Of a DNA stretch of 64,000 bases, positions 46,896 to 62,500 are shown in pieces. Origin of the DNA: Euglena gracilis. Taxonomy: Eukaryota. The stretch lies in assembly GCA_039621445.1 (NCBI GenBank), contig CP154954.1, positions 28,985,837-29,049,836 of the forward strand. The letters run 5' to 3'. How positions within the stretch are numbered: the stretch's first letter is position 1; every line of letters starts with the position of its first letter. Under the pieces are notes generated by a model, which saw nothing but the letters and a program-made list of their open reading frames with translations, was not told the DNA's origin and did not search any database. Made by a program: the position numbers and the translations under genes.

Positions 46896-47514
46896 AGGCT
46901 GAAATTGAAATTGGGGGAGGGGGGTCTGGGAGTGCCTCAGGCAGGTGCTGCACCCCACCCCAGGGGGGGGGGGTAGTGCTGCCAGGTCGTGGGCCAAAAA
47001 GTGCCCAAAATGCTGTTTTTTTTACCAACCCCGTGGGGGGGAGAGGGGGTCCAGAGTGCCTGCTCAGGCAGGCACTACCAGGGTTGATATAAGGACGGTG
47101 GGGGGGGGGGTCCGGACCCCCCTGCGGGCCAGGGGGGGGGGGACACCCCCCCACCTAAACAGTGGCGCGGTCTGGGTGACCGAAAATTTTTGACCCCCCA
47201 AAACGACCGAAAGTGCCATTTTGGGCACTCTTTGGGCAAAAATTTGCCAAAAATGCAAAAATTTTCGACGCAAAGTGCCGGAGGAAAAAATGACCCTTTT
47301 TGGGGGTCCCGGGTGCCCCCCCAGGGTCGGTCCGGACCCCCCTGGCAGGTGGGGTGGTCCGGCCCCCCCTGCGGGCCAGGAGGGGGGGACACCCCCCCAC
47401 CTAAACCATGTACGCCCTCGGCTCCGAGCGGGAGATTGGCCATGGGACTTTTGGTGGTCGCTAGCGACCGGTCGCTAGCGACCATGGTCGCTAGCGACCG
47501 AATTCTGGCATTGT

Positions 47515-50500
47515 ACCAAATTGGGCCTTACTCCGAGTAACCAAATGGGTGTTCCAGGAGGCCTCCAAAGTCAGGGGACCCGTTGGTTTCATGATTGTCG
47601 TGGTTTAATGGTAAGAAAAACATGCAGCGGGAAGGTTGGTTGCAAGAAATGAGCACATTTAGATGGGTGCATTCGACCATTCCGGGGGACATTTACCAGG
47701 TCAGCCCAGGTTACCATGTAAAAATGGACCAAATTGGGCCTTACTCCGAGTAACCGAATGGGTGTTCCAGGAGGCCTCCAAAGTCAGGGGACCCGTTGGT
47801 TTCATGATTGTCGTGGTATAATGGTAAGAAAAACATGCAGCCGGAAGGTTGGTTGCAGAAAATGAGCACATTTAGATGGGTGCATTCGACCATTCCGGGG
47901 GACATTTACCAGGTCAGCCCAGGTTACCATGTAAAAATGGACCAAATTGGGCCTTACTCCGAGTAACCGAATGGGTGTTCCAGGAGGCCTCCAAAGTCAG
48001 GGGACCCGTTGGTTTCATGATTGTCGTGGTTTAATGGTAAGAAAAACATGCAGCGGGAATGTTGGTTGCAAGAAATGAGCAGATTTAGATGGGTGCATTC
48101 GACCATTCCGGGGGACATTTACCAGGTCAGCCCAGGTTACCATGTAAAAATGGACCAAATTGGGCCTTACTCCGAGTAACCGAATGGGTGTTCCAGGAGG
48201 CCTCCAAAGTCAGGGGACCCGTTGGTTTCATGATTGTCGTGGTTTAATGGTAAGAAAAACATGCAGCGGGAATGTTGGTTGCAAGAAATGAGCAGATTTA
48301 GATGGGTGCATTCGACCATTCCGGGGGACATTTACCAGGTCAGCCCAGGTTACCATGTAAAAATGGACCAAATTGGGCCTTACTCCGAGTAACCGAATGG
48401 GTGTTCCAGGAGGCCTCCAAAGTCAGGGGACCCGTTGGTTTCATGATTGTCGTGGTTTAATGGTAAGAAAACATGCAGCCGGAAGGTTGGTTGCAAGAAA
48501 TGAGCAGATTTAGATGGGTGCATTCGACCATTCCGGGGGACATTTACCAGGTCAGCCCAGGTTACCATGTAAAAATGGACCAAATTGGGCCTTACTCCGA
48601 GTAACCGAATGGGTGTTCCAGGAGGCCTCCAAAGTCAGGGGACCCGTTGGTTTCATGATTGTCGTGGTTTAATGGTAAGAAAAACATGCAGCGGGAATGT
48701 TGGTTGCAAGAAATGAGCAGATTTAGATGGGTGCATTCGACCATTCCGGGGACATTTACCAGGTCAGCCCAGGTTACCATGTAAAAATGGACCAAATTGG
48801 GCCTTACTCCGAGTAACCGAATGGGTGTTCCAGGAGGCCTCCAAAGTCAGGGGACCCGTTGGTTTCATGATTGTCGTGGTTTAATGGTAAGAAAAACATG
48901 CAGCCGGAAGGTTGGTTGCAAGAAATGAGCAGATTTAGATGGGTGCATTCGACCATTCCGGGGGACATTTACCAGGTCAGCCCAGGTTACCATGTAAAAA
49001 TGGACCAAATTGGGCCTTACTCCGAGTAACCGAATGGGTGTTCCAGGAGGCCTCCAAAGTCAGGGGACCCGTTGGTTTCATGATTGTCGTGGTTTAATGG
49101 TAAGAAAAACATGCAGCCGGAAGGTTGGTTGCAAGAAATGAGCAGAAAATTAATTGGGTGCATTCGACCATTCCGGGGGACATTTACCAGGTCAGCCCAG
49201 GTTACCATGTAAAAATGGACCAAATTGGGCCTTACTCCGAGTAACCGAATGGGTGTTCCAGGAGGCCTCCAAAGTCAGGGGACCCGTTGGTTTCATGATT
49301 GTCGTGGTTTAATGGTAAAAAAAACATGCAGCGGGAAGGTTGGTTGCAAGAAATGAGCAGATTTAGATGGGTGCATTCGACCATTCCGGGGGACATTTAC
49401 CAGGTCAGCCCAGGTTACCATGTAAAAATGGACCAAATTGGGCCTTACTCCGAGTAACCGAATGGGTGTTCCAGGAGGCCTCCAAAGTCAGGGGACCCGT
49501 TGGTTTCATGATTGTCGTGGTTTAATGGTAAGAAAAACATGCAGCCGGAAGGTTGGTTGCAAGAAATGAGCAGATTTAGATGGGTGCATTCGACCATTCC
49601 GGGGGACATTTACCAGGTCAGCCCAGGTTACCATGTAAAAATGGACCAAATTGGGCCTTACTCCGAGTAACCGAATGGGTGTTCCAGGAGGCCTCCAAAG
49701 TCAGGGGACCCGTTGGTTTCATGATTGTCGTGGTTTAATGGTAAGAAAAACATGCAGCCGGAAGGTTGGTTGCAAGAAATGAGCAGATTTAGATGGGTGC
49801 ATTCGACCATTCCGGGGGACATTTACCAGGTCAGCCCAGGTTACCATGTAAAAATGGACCAAATTGGGCCTTACTCCGAGTAACCGAATGGGTGTTCCAG
49901 GAGGCCTCCAAAGTCAGGGGACCCGTTGGTTTCATGATTGTCGTGGTTTAATGGTAAAAAAAACATGCAGCGGGAAGTTTGGTTGCAAGAAATGAGCACA
50001 TTTAGATGGGTGCATTCGACCATTCCGGGGGACATTTACCAGGTCAGCCCAGGTTACCATGTAAAAATGGACCAAATTGGGCCTTACTCCGAGTAACCGA
50101 ATGGGTGTTCCAGGAGGCCTCCAAAGTCAGGGGACCCGTTGGTTTCATGATTGTCGTGGTTTAATGGTAAGAAAAACATGCAGCCGGAAGGTTGGTTGCA
50201 AGAAATGAGCACATTTAGATGGGTGCATTCGACCATTCCGGGGGACATTTACCAGGTCAGCCCAGGTTACCATGTAAAAATGGACCAAATTGGGCCTTAC
50301 TCCGAGTAACCGAATGGGTGTTCCAGGAGGCCTCCAAAGTCAGGGGACCCGTTGGTTTCATGATTGTCGTGGTTTAATGGTAAGAAAAACATGCAGCGGG
50401 AAGTTGGTTGCAAGAAATGAGCAGATTTAGATGGGTGCATTCGACCATTCCGGGGGACATTTACCAGGTCAGCCCAGGTTACCATGTAAAAATGGACCAA

Positions 50501-53500
50501 ATTGGGCCTTACTCCGAGATACCGAATGGGTGTTCCAGGAGGCCTCCAAAGTCAGGGGACCCGTTGGTTTCATGATTGTCGTGGTTTAATGGTAAGAAAA
50601 ACATGCAGCCGGAAGGTTGGTTGCAAGAAATGAGCAGATTTAGATGGGTGCATTCGACCATTCCGGGGGACATTTACCAGGTCAGCCCAGGTTACCATGT
50701 AAAAATGGACCAAATTGGGCCTTACTCCGAGTAACCGAATGGGTGTTCCAGGAGGCCTCCAAAGTCAGGGGACCCGTTGGTTTCATGATTGTCGTGGTTT
50801 AATGGTAAGAAAAACATGCAGCGGGAATGTTGGTTGCAAGAAATGAGCACATTTAGATGGGTGCATTCGACCATTCCGGGGGACATTTACCAGGTCAGCC
50901 CAGGTTACCATGTAAAAATGGACCAAATTGGGCCTTACTCCGAGTAACCGAATGGGTGTTCCAGGAGGCCTCCAAAGTCAGGGGACCCGTTGGTTTCATG
51001 ATTGTCGTGGTTTAATGGTAAGAAAAACATGCAGCCGGAAGGTTGGTTGCAAGAAATGAGCACATTTAGATGGGTGCATTCGACCATTCCGGGGGACATT
51101 TACCAGGTCAGCCCAGGTTACCATGTAAAAATGGACCAAATTGGGCCTTACTCCGAGTAACCGAATGGGTGTTCCAGGAGGCCTCCAAAGTCAGGGGACC
51201 CGTTGGTTTCATGATTGTCGTGGTTTAATGGTAAGAAAAACATGCAGCGGGAAGGTTGGTTGCAAGAAATGAGCACATTTAGATGGGTGCATTCGACCAT
51301 TCCGGGGGACATTTACCAGGTCAGCCCAGGTTACCATGTAAAAATGGACCAAATTGGGCCTTACTCCGAGTAACCGAATGGGTGTTCCAGGAGGCCTCCA
51401 AAGTCAGGGGACCCGTTGGTTTCATGATTGTCGTGGTTTAATGGTAAGAAAAACATGCAGCCGGAAGGTTGGTTGCAAGAAATGAGCAGATTTAGATGGG
51501 TGCATTCGACCATTCCGGGGGACATTTACCAGGTCAGCCCAGGTTACCATGTAAAAATGGACCAAATTGGGCCTTACTCCGAGTAACCGAATGGGTGTTC
51601 CAGGAGGCCTCCAAAGTCAGGGGACCCGTTGGTTTCATGATTGTCGTGGTTTAATGGTAAGAAAAACATGCAGCCGGAAGGTTGGTTGCAAGAAATGAGC
51701 ACATTTAGATGGGTGCATTCGACCATTCCGGGGGACATTTACCAGGTCAGCCCAGGTTACCATGTAAAAATGGACCAAATTGGGCCTTACTCCGAGTAAC
51801 CGAATGGGTGTTCCAGGAGGCCTCCAAAGTCAGGGGACCCGTTGGTTTCATGATTGTCGTGGTTTAATGGTAAGAAAACATGCAGCCGGAAGGTTGGTTG
51901 CAAGAAATGAGCACATTTAGATGGGTGCATTCGACCATTCCGGGGGACATTTACCAGGTCAGCCCAGGTTACCATGTAAAAATGGACCAAATTGGGCCTT
52001 ACTCCGAGTAACCGAATGGGTGTTCCAGGAGGCCTCCAAAGTCAGGGGACCCGTTGGTTTCATGATTGTCGTGGTTTAATGGTAAGAAAAACATGCAGCC
52101 GGAAGGTTGGTTGCAAGAAATGAGCACATTTAGATGGGTGCATTCGACCATTCCGGGGGACATTTACCAGGTCAGCCCAGGTTACCATGTAAAAATGGAC
52201 CAAATTGGGCCTTACTCCGAGTAACCGAATGGGTGTTCCAGGAGGCCTCCAAAGTCAGGGGACCCGTTGGTTTCATGATTGTCGTGGTTTAATGGTAAGA
52301 AAAACATGCAGCCGGAATGTTGGTTGCAAGAAATGAGCAGATTTAGATGGGTGCATTCGACCATTCCGGGGGACATTTACCAGGTCAGCCCAGGTTACCA
52401 TGTAAAAATGGACCAAATTGGGCCTTACTCCGAGTAACCGAATGGGTGTTCCAGGAGGCCTCCAAAGTCAGGGGACCCGTTGGTTTCATGATTGTCGTGG
52501 TTTAATGGTAAGAAAAACATGCAGCCGGAAGGTTGGTTGCAAGAAATGAGCACATTTAGATGGGTGCATTCGACCATTCCGGGGGACATTTACCAGGTCA
52601 GCCCAGGTTACCATGTAAAAATGGACCAAATTGGGCCTTACTCCGAGTAACCGAATGGGTGTTCCAGGAGGCCTCCAAAGTCAGGGGACCCGTTGGTTTC
52701 ATGATTGTCGTGGTTTAATGGTAAGAAAAACATGCAGCCGGAAGGTTGGTTGCAAGAAATGAGCAGATTTAGATGGGTGCATTCGACCATTCCGGGGGAC
52801 ATTTACCAGGTCAGCCCAGGTTACCATGTAAAAATGGACCAAATTGGGCCTTACTCCGAGTAACCGAATGGGTGTTCCAGGAGGCCTCCAAAGTCAGGGG
52901 ACCCGTTGGTTTCATGATTGTCGTGGTTTAATGGTAAGAAAAACATGCAGCCGGAAGGTTGGTTGCAAGAAATGAGCATATTTAGATGGGTGCATTCGAC
53001 CATTCCGGGGGACATTTACCAGGTCAGCCCAGGTTACCATGTAAAAATGGACCAAATTGGGCCTTACTCCGAGTAACCGAATGGGTGTTCCAGGAGGCCT
53101 CCAAAGTCAGGGGACCCGTTGGTTTCATGATTGTCGTGGTTTAATGGTAAGAAAAAATGCAGCCGGAAGGTTGGTTGCAAGAAATGAGCAGATTTAGATG
53201 GGTGCATTCGACCATTCCGGGGGACATTTACCAGGTCAGCCCAGGTTACCATGTAAAAATGGACCAAATTGGGCCTTACTCCGAGTAACCGAATGGGTGT
53301 TCCAGGAGGCCTCCAAAGTCAGGGGACCCGTTGGTTTCATGATTGTCGTGGTTTAATGGTAAGAAAAACATGCAGCGGGAATGTTGGTTGCAAGAAATGA
53401 GCACATTTAGATGGGTGCATTCGACCATTCCGGGGGACATTTACCAGGTCAGCCCAGGTTACCATGTAAAAATGGACCAAATTGGGCCTTACTCCGAGTA

Positions 53501-56500
53501 ACCGAATGGGTGTTCCAGGAGGCCTCCAAAGTCAGGGGACCCGTTGGTTTCATGATTGTCGTGGTTTAATGGTAAGAAAAACATGCAGCCCGAAGGTTGG
53601 TTGCAAGAAATGAGAGCATTTAGATGGGTGCATTCGACCATTCCGGGGGACACTTACCAGGTCAGCCCAGGTTACCATGTAAAAATGGACCAAATTGGGC
53701 CTTACTCCGAGTAACCGAATGGGTGTTCCAGGAGGCCTCCAAAGTCAGGGGACCCGTTGGTTTCATGATTGTCGTGGTTTAATGGTAAGAAAAACATGCA
53801 GCGGGAAGGTTGGTTGCAAGAAATGAGCACATTTAGATGGGTGCATTCGACCATTCCGGGGGACATTTACCAGGTCAGCCCAGGTTACCATGTAAAAATG
53901 GACCAAATTGGGCCTTACTCCGAGTAACCGAATGGGTGTTCCAGGAGGCCTCCAAAGTCAGGGGACCCGTTGGTTTCATGATTGTCGTGGTTTAATGGTA
54001 AGAAAAAACATGCAGCGGGAATGTTGGTTGCAAGAAATGAGCACATTTAGATGGGTGCATTCGACCATTCCGGGGGACATTTACCAGGTCAGCCCAGGTT
54101 ACCATGTAAAAATGGACCAAATTGGGCCTTACTCCCCTTACTCCGAGTAACCGAATGGGTGTTCCAGGAGGCCTCCAAAGTCAGGGGACCCGTTGGTTTC
54201 ATGATTGTCGTGGTTTAATGGTAAGAAAAAACATGCAGCGGGAAGGTTGGTTGCCAGAAATGAGCACATTTAGATGGGTGCATTCGACCATTCCGGGGAC
54301 ATTTACCAGGTCAGCCCAGGTTACCATGTAAAAATGGACCAAATTGGGCCTTACTCCGAGTAACCGAATGGGTGTTCCAGGAGGCCTCCAAAGTCAGGGG
54401 ACCCGTTGGTTTCATGATTGTCGTGGTTTAATGGTAAGAAAAACATGCAGCGGGAATGTTGGTTGCAAGAAATGAGCACATTTAGATGGGTGCATTCGAC
54501 CATTCCGGGGGACATTTACCAGGTCAGCCCAGGTTACCATGTAAAAATGGACCAAATTGGGCCTTACTCCGAGTAACCGAATGGGTGTTCCAGGAGGCCT
54601 CCAAAGTCAGGGGACCCGTTGGTTTCATGATTGTCGTGGTTTAATGGTAAGAAAAACATGCAGCCGGAAGGTTGGTTGCAAGAAATGAGCAGATTTAGAT
54701 GGGTGCATTCGACCATTCCGGGGGACATTTACCAGGTCAGCCCAGGTTACCATGTAAAAATGGACCAAATTGGGCCTTACTCCGAGTAACCGAATGGGTG
54801 TTCCAGGAGGCCTCCAAAGTCAGGGGACCCGTTGGTTTCATGATTGTCGTGGTTTAATGGTAAGAAAAACATGCAGCCGGAAGGTTGGTTGCAAGAAATG
54901 AGCAGATTTAGATGGGTGCATTCGACCATTCCGGGGGACATTTACCAGGTCAGCCCAGGTTACCATGTAAAAATGGACCAAATTGGGCCTTACTCCGAGT
55001 AACCGAATGGGTGTTCCAGGAGGCCTCCAAAGTCAGGGGACCCGTTGGTTTCATGATTGTCGTGATTTAATGGTAATATAAACATGCAGCCCGAAGGTTT
55101 ATTGCAGGAAATGAGCACATTTAGATGGGTGCATTCGACCATTCCGGGGGACATTTACCAGGTCAGCCCAGGTTACCATGTAAAAATGGACCAAATTGGG
55201 CCTTACTCCGAGTAACCGAATGGGTGTTCCAGGAGGCCTCCAAAGTCAGGGGACCCGTTGGTTTCATGATTGTCGTGGTTTAATGGTAAGAAAAACATGC
55301 AGCCGGAAGGTTGGTTGCAAGAAATGAGCACATTTAGATGGGTGCATTCGACCATTCCGGGGGACATTTACCAGGTCAGCCCAGGTTACCATGTAAAAAT
55401 GGACCAAATTGGGCCTTACTCCGAGTAACCGAATGGGTGTTCCAGGAGGCCTCCAAAGTCAGGGGACCCGTTGGTTTCATGATTGTCGTGGTTTAATGGT
55501 AAGAAAAACATGCAGCGAGAATGCTGGTTGCCAGAAATGAGCACATTTAGATGGGTGCATTCGACCATTCCGGGGGACACTTACCAGGCCAGCCCAGGTT
55601 ACCATGTAAAAATGGACCAAATTGGGCCTTACTCCGAGTAACCGAATGGGTGTTCCAGGAGGCCTCCAAAGTCAGGGGACCCGTTGGTTTCATGATTGTC
55701 GTGGTTTAATGGTAAGAAAAACGTGCAGCCGGCAGGTTGGTTGAGAGACATGAGCACATTTAGATGGGTGCATTCGACCATTCCGGGGGACATTTACCAG
55801 GTCAGCCCAGGTTACCATGTAAAAATGGACCAAATTGGGCCTTACTCCGAGTAACCGAATGGGTGTTCCAGGAGGCCTCCAAAGTCAGGGGACCCGTTGG
55901 TTTCATGATTGTCGTGGTTTAATGGTAAGAAAAACATGCAGCCGGAAGGTTGGTTGCAAGAAATGAGCACATTTAGATGGGTGCATTCGACCATTCCGGG
56001 GGACATTTACCAGGTCAGCCCAGGTTACCATGTAAAAATGGACCAAATTGGGCCTTACTCCGAGTAACCGAATGGGTGTTCCAGGAGGCCTCCAAAGTCA
56101 GGGGACCCGTTGGTTTCATGATTGTCGTGGTTTAATGGTAAGAAAAACATGCAGCCGGAAGGTTGGTTGCAAGAAATGAGCACATTTAGATGGGTGCATT
56201 CGACCATTCCGGGGGACATTTACCAGGTCAGCCCAGGTTACCATGTAAAAATGGACCAAATTGGGCCTTACTCCGAGTAACCGAATGGGTGTTCCAGGAG
56301 GCCTCCAAAGTCAGGGGACCCGTTGGTTTCATGATTGTCGTGGTTTAATGGTAAGAAAAACATGCAGCCGGAAGGTTGGTTGCAAGAAATGAGCAGATTT
56401 AGATGGGTGCATTCGACCATTCCGGGGGACATTTACCAGGTCAGCCCAGGTTACCATGTAAAAATGGACCAAATTGGGCCTTACTCCGAGTAACCGAATG

Positions 56501-59500
56501 GGTGTTCCAGGAGGCCTCCAAAGTCAGGGGACCCGTTGGTTTCATGATTGTCGTGGTTTAATGGTAAGAAAAACGTGCAGCTGGAAGGTTGGTTGCAAGA
56601 AATGAGCACATTTAGATGGGTGCATTCGACCATTCCGGGGGACATTTACCAGGTCAGCCCAGGTTACCATGTAAAAATGGACCAAATTGGGCCTTACTCC
56701 GAGTAACCGAATGGGTGTTCCAGGAGGCCTCCAAAGTCAGGGGACCCGTTGGTTTCATGATTGTCGTGGTTTAATGGTAAGAAAAACATGCAGCCGGAAG
56801 GTTGGTTGCAAGAAATGAGCACATTTAGATGGGTGCATTCGACCATTCCGGGGGACATTTACCAGGTCAGCCCAGGTTACCATGTAAAAATGGACCAAAT
56901 TGGGCCTTACTCCGAGTAACCGAATGGGTGTTCCAGGAGGCCTCCAAAGTCAGGGGACCCGTTGGTTTCATGATTGTCGTGGTTTAATGGTAAGAAAAAC
57001 ATGCAGCCGGAAGGTTGGTTGCAAGAAATGAGCACATTTAGATGGGTGCATTCGACCATTCCGGGGGACATTTACCAGGTCAGCCCAGGTTACCATGTAA
57101 AAATGGACCAAATTGGGCCTTACTCCGAGTAACCGAATGGGTGTTCCAGGAGGCCTCCAAAGTCAGGGGACCCGTTGGTTTCATGATTGTCGTGGTTTAA
57201 TGGTAAGAAAAACATGCAGCGGGAATGTTGGTTGCAAGAAATGAGCAGATTTAGATGGGTGCATTCGACCATTCCGGGGGACATTTACCAGGTCAGCCCA
57301 GGTTACCATGTAAAAATGGACCAAATTGGGCCTTACTCCGAGTAACCGAATGGGTGTTCCAGGAGGCCTCCAAAGTCAGGGGACCCGTTGGTTTCATGAT
57401 TGTCGTGGTTTAATGGTAAGAAAAACATGCAGCGGGAATGTTGGTTGCAAGAAATGAGCACATTTAGATGGGTGCATTCGACCATTCCGGGGGACATTTA
57501 CCAGGTCAGCCCAGGTTACCATGTAAAATGGACCAAATTGGGCCTTACTCCGAGTAACCGAATGGGTGTTCCAGGAGGCCTCCAAAGTCAGGGGACCCGT
57601 TGGTTTCATGATTGTCGTGGTTTAATGGTAAAAAAAATAGGCAGCCGGAAGGTTGGTTGCAAGAAATGAGCAGATTTAGATGGGTGCATTCGACCATTCC
57701 GGGGGACATTTACCAGGTCAGCCCAGGTTACATGTAAAAATGGACCAAATTGGGCCTTACTCCGAGTAACCGAATGGGTGTTCCAGGAGGCCTCCAAAGT
57801 CAGGGGACCCGTTGGTTTCATGATTGTCGTGGTTTAATGGTAAGAAAAACATGCAGCAGGAAGGTTGGTTGCAAGAAATGAGCAGATTTAGATGGGTGCA
57901 TTCGACCATTCCGGGGGACATTTACCAGGTCAGCCCAGGTTACCATGTAAAAATGGACCAAATTGGGCCTTACTCCGAGTAACCGAATGGGTGTTCCAGG
58001 AGGCCTCCAAAGTCAGGGGACCCGTTGGTTTCATGATTGTCGTGGTTTAATGGTAAGAAAAACATGCAGCGGGAATGTTGGTTGCAAGAAATGAGCAGAT
58101 TTAGATGGGTGCATTCGACCATTCCGGGGGACATTTACCAGGTCAGCCCAGGTTACCATGTAAAAATGGACCAAATTGGGCCTTACTCCGAGTAACCGAA
58201 TGGGTGTTCCAGGAGGCCTCCAAAGTCAGGGGACCCGTTGGTTTCATGATTGTCGTGGTTTAATGGTAAGAAAAACATGCAGCGGGAATGTTGGTTGGAA
58301 GAAATGAGCAGATTTAGATGGGTGCATTCGACCATTCCGGGGGACATTTACCAGGTCAGCCCAGGTTACCATGTAAAAATGGACCAAATTGGGCCTTACT
58401 CCGAGTAACCGAATGGGTGTTCCAGGAGGCCTCCAAAGTCAGGGGACCCGTTGGTTTCATGATTGTCGTGGTTTAATGGTAAGAAAAACATGCAGCCGGA
58501 AGGTTGGTTGCAAGAAATGAGCAGATTTAGATGGGTGCATTCGACCATTCCGGGGGACATTTACCAGGTCAGCCCAGGTTACCATGTAAAAATGGACCAA
58601 ATTGGGCCTTACTCCGAGTAACCAATTTGGGTGTTCCAGGACGCCTCCAAAGTCAGGGTACCCGTTGGTTTCATGATTGTCGTGGTTTAATGGTAAGAAA
58701 AACATGCAGCCGGAAGGTTGGTTGCAAGAAATGAGCACATTTAGATGGGTGCATTCGACCATTCCGGGGGACATTTACCAGGTCAGCCCAGGTTACCATG
58801 TAAAAATGGACCAAATTGGGCCTTACTCCGAGTAACCGAATGGGTGTTCCAGGAGGCCTCCAAAGTCAGGGGACCCGTTGGTTTCATGATTGTCGTGGTT
58901 TAATGGTAAGAAAAACATGCAGCGGGAATGTTGGTTGCAAGAAATGAGCAGATTTAGATGGGTGCATTCGACCATTCCGGGGGACATTTACCAGGTCAGC
59001 CCAGGTTACCATGTAAAAATGGACCAAATTGGGCCTTACTCCGAGTAACCGAATGGGTGTTCCAGGAGGCCTCCAAAGTCAGGGGACCCGTTGGTTTCAT
59101 GATTGTCGTGGTTTAATGGTAAGAAAAAAATGCAGCGGGAACGTTGGTTGCAAGAAATGAGCAGATTTAGATGGGTGCATTCGACCATTCCGGGGGACAT
59201 TTACCAGGTCAGCCCAGGTTACCATGTAAAAATGGACCAAATTGGGCCTTACTCCGAGTAACCGAATGGGTGTTCCAGGAGGCCTCCAAAGTCAGGGGAC
59301 CCGTTGGTTTCATGATTGTCGTGGTTTAATGGTAAGAAAAACATGCAGCCGGAAGGTTGGTTGCAAGAAATAAGCACACATAGATGGGTGCATTCGACCA
59401 TTCTGGGGGAAATTTACCAGGTCAGCCCAGGTTACCATGTAAAAATGGACCAAATTGGGCCTTACTCCGAGTAACCGAATGGGTGTTCCAGGAGGCCTCC

Positions 59501-62500
59501 AAAGTCAGGGGACCCGTTGGTTTCATGATTGTCGTGGTTTAATGGTAAGAAAAACATGCAGCGGGAATGTTGGTTGCAAGAAATGAGCACATTTAGATGG
59601 GTGCATTCGACCATTCCGGGGGACATTTACCAGGTCAGCCCAGGTTACCATGTAAAAATGGACCAAATTGGGCCTTACTCCGAGTAACCGAATGGGTGTT
59701 CCAGGAGGCCTCCAAAGTCAGGGGACCCGTTGGTTTCATGATTGTCGTGGTTTAATGGTAAGAAAAACATGCAGCCGGAATGTTGGTTGCAAGAAATGAG
59801 CACACTTAGATGGGTGCATTCGACCATTCCGGGGGACATTTACCAGGTCAGCCCAGGTTACCATGTAAAAATGGACCAAATTGGGCCTTACTCCGAGTAA
59901 CCGAATGGGTGTTCCAGGAGGCCTCCAAAGTCAGGGGACCCGTTGGTTTCATGATTGTCGTGGTTTAATGGTAAGAAAAACATGCAGCGGGAATGTTGGT
60001 TGCAAGAAATGAGCATATTTAGATGGGTGCATTCGACCATTCCGGGGGACATTTACCAGGTCAGCCCAGGTTACCATGTAAAATGGACCAAATTGGGCCT
60101 TACTCCGAGTAACCGAATGGGTGTTCCAGGAGGCCTCCAAAGTCAGGGGACCCGTTGGTTTCATGATTGTCGTGGTTTAATGGTAAGAAAAACATGCAGC
60201 GGGAATGTTGGTTGCAAGAAATGAGCAGATTTAGATGGGTGCATTCGACCATTCCGGGGGACATTTACCAGGTCAGCCCAGGTTACCATGTAAAAATGGA
60301 CCAAATTGGGCCTTACTCCGAGTAACCGAATGGGTGTTCCAGGAGGCCTCCAAAGTCAGGGGACCCGTTGGTTTCATGATTGTCGTGGTTTAATGGTAAG
60401 AAAAAAATGAGCGGGAACGTTGGTTGCAAGAAATAAGCACACATAGATGGGTGCATTCGACCATTCCGGGGGAAATTTACCAGGTCAGCCCAGGTTACCA
60501 TGTAAAAATGGACCAAATTGGGCCTTACTCCGAGTAACCGAATGGGTGTTCCAGGAGGCCTCCAAAGTCAGGGGACCCGTTGGTTTCATGATTGTTGTGG
60601 TTTAATGGTAAGAAAAAACATGCAGCGGGAATGTTGGTTGCAAGAAATGAGCACATTTAGATGGGTGCATTCGACCATTCCGGGGGACATTTACCAGGTC
60701 AGCCCAGGTTACCATGTAAAAATGGACCAAATTGGGCCTTACTCCGAGTAACCGAATGGGTGTTCCAGGAGGCCTCCAAAGTCAGGGGACCCGTTGGTTT
60801 CATGATTGTCGTGGTTTAATGGTAAGAAAAACATGCAGCGGAAATGCTGGTTGCAAGAAATGAGCACATTTAGATGGGTGCATTCGACCATTCCGGGGGA
60901 CATTTACCAGGTCAGCCCAGGTTACCATGTAAAAATGGACCAAATTGGGCCTTACTCCGAGTAACCGAATGGGTGTTCCAGGAGGCCTCCAAAGTCAGGG
61001 GACCCGTTGGTTTCATGATTGTCGTGGTTTAATGGTAAGAAAAACATGCAGCGGGAATGTTGGTTGCAAGAAATGAGCAGATTTAGATGGGTGCATTCGA
61101 CCATTCCGGGGGACATTTACCAGGTCAGCCCAGGTTACCATGTAAAAATGGACCAAATTGGGCCTTACTCCGAGTAACCGAATGGGTGTTCCAGGAGGCC
61201 TCCAAAGTCAGGGGACCCGTTGGTTTCATGATTGTCGTGGTTTAATGGTAAGAAAAACATGCAGCGGGAATGTTGGTTGCAAGAAATGAGCACATTTAGA
61301 TGGGTGCATTCGACCATTCCGGGGGACATTTACCAGGTCAGCCCAGGTTACCATGTAAAAAATGGACCAAATTGGGCCTTACTCCGAGTAACCGAATGGG
61401 TGTTCCAGGAGGCCTCCAAAGTCAGGGGACCCGTTGGTTTCATGATTGTCGTGGTTTAATGGTAAGAAAAACATGCAGCCGGAAGGTTGGTTTCAAGAAA
61501 TAAGCACACTTAGATGGGTGCATTCGACCATTCCGGGGGAAATTTACCAGGTCAGCCCAGGTTACCATGTAAAATGGACCAAATTGGGCCTTACTCCGAG
61601 TAACCGAATGGGTGTTCCAGGAGGCCTCCAAAGTCAGGGGACCCGTTGGTTTCATGATTGTCGTGGTTTATTGGTAAGAAAAACATGCAGCGGGAATGTT
61701 GGTTGCAAGAAATGAGCACATTTAGATGGGTGCATTCGACCATTCCGGGGGACATTTACCAGGTCAGCCCAGGTTACCATGTAAAAATGGACCAAATTGG
61801 GCCTTACTCCGAGTAACCGAATGGGTGTTCCAGGAGGCCTCCAAAGTCAGGGGACCCGTTGGTTTCATGATTGTCGTGGTTTAATGGTAAGAAAAAAATG
61901 CAGCCGGAAGGTTGGTTGCAAGAAATGAGCACATTTAGATGGGTGCATTCGACCATTCCGGGGGACATTTACCAGGTCAGCCCAGGTTACCATGTAAAAA
62001 TGGACCAAATTGGGCCTTACTCCGAGTAACCGAATGGGTGTTCCAGGAGGCCTCCAAAGTCAGGGGACCCGTTGGTTTCATGATTGTCGTGGTTTAATGG
62101 TAAGAAAAACATGCAGCCCGAATGTTGGTTGCAAGAAATGAGCACATTTAGATGGGTGCATTCGACCATTTCGAAGGACACTTACCAGGTCAGCCCAGGT
62201 TACCATGTAAAAATGGACCAAATTGGGCCTTACTCCGAGTAACCGAATGGGTGTTCCAGGAGGCCTCCAAAGTCAGGGGACCCGTTGGTTTCATGATTGT
62301 CGTGGTTTAATGGTAAGAAAAACATGCAGCGGGAATGTTGGTTGCAAGAAATGAGCAGATTTAGATGGGTGCATTCGACCATTCCGGGGGACATTTACCA
62401 GGTCAGCCCAGGTTACCATGTAAAAATGGACCAAATTGGGCCTTACTCCGAGTAACCGAATGGGTGTTCCAGGAGGCCTCCAAAGTCAGGGGACCCGTTG

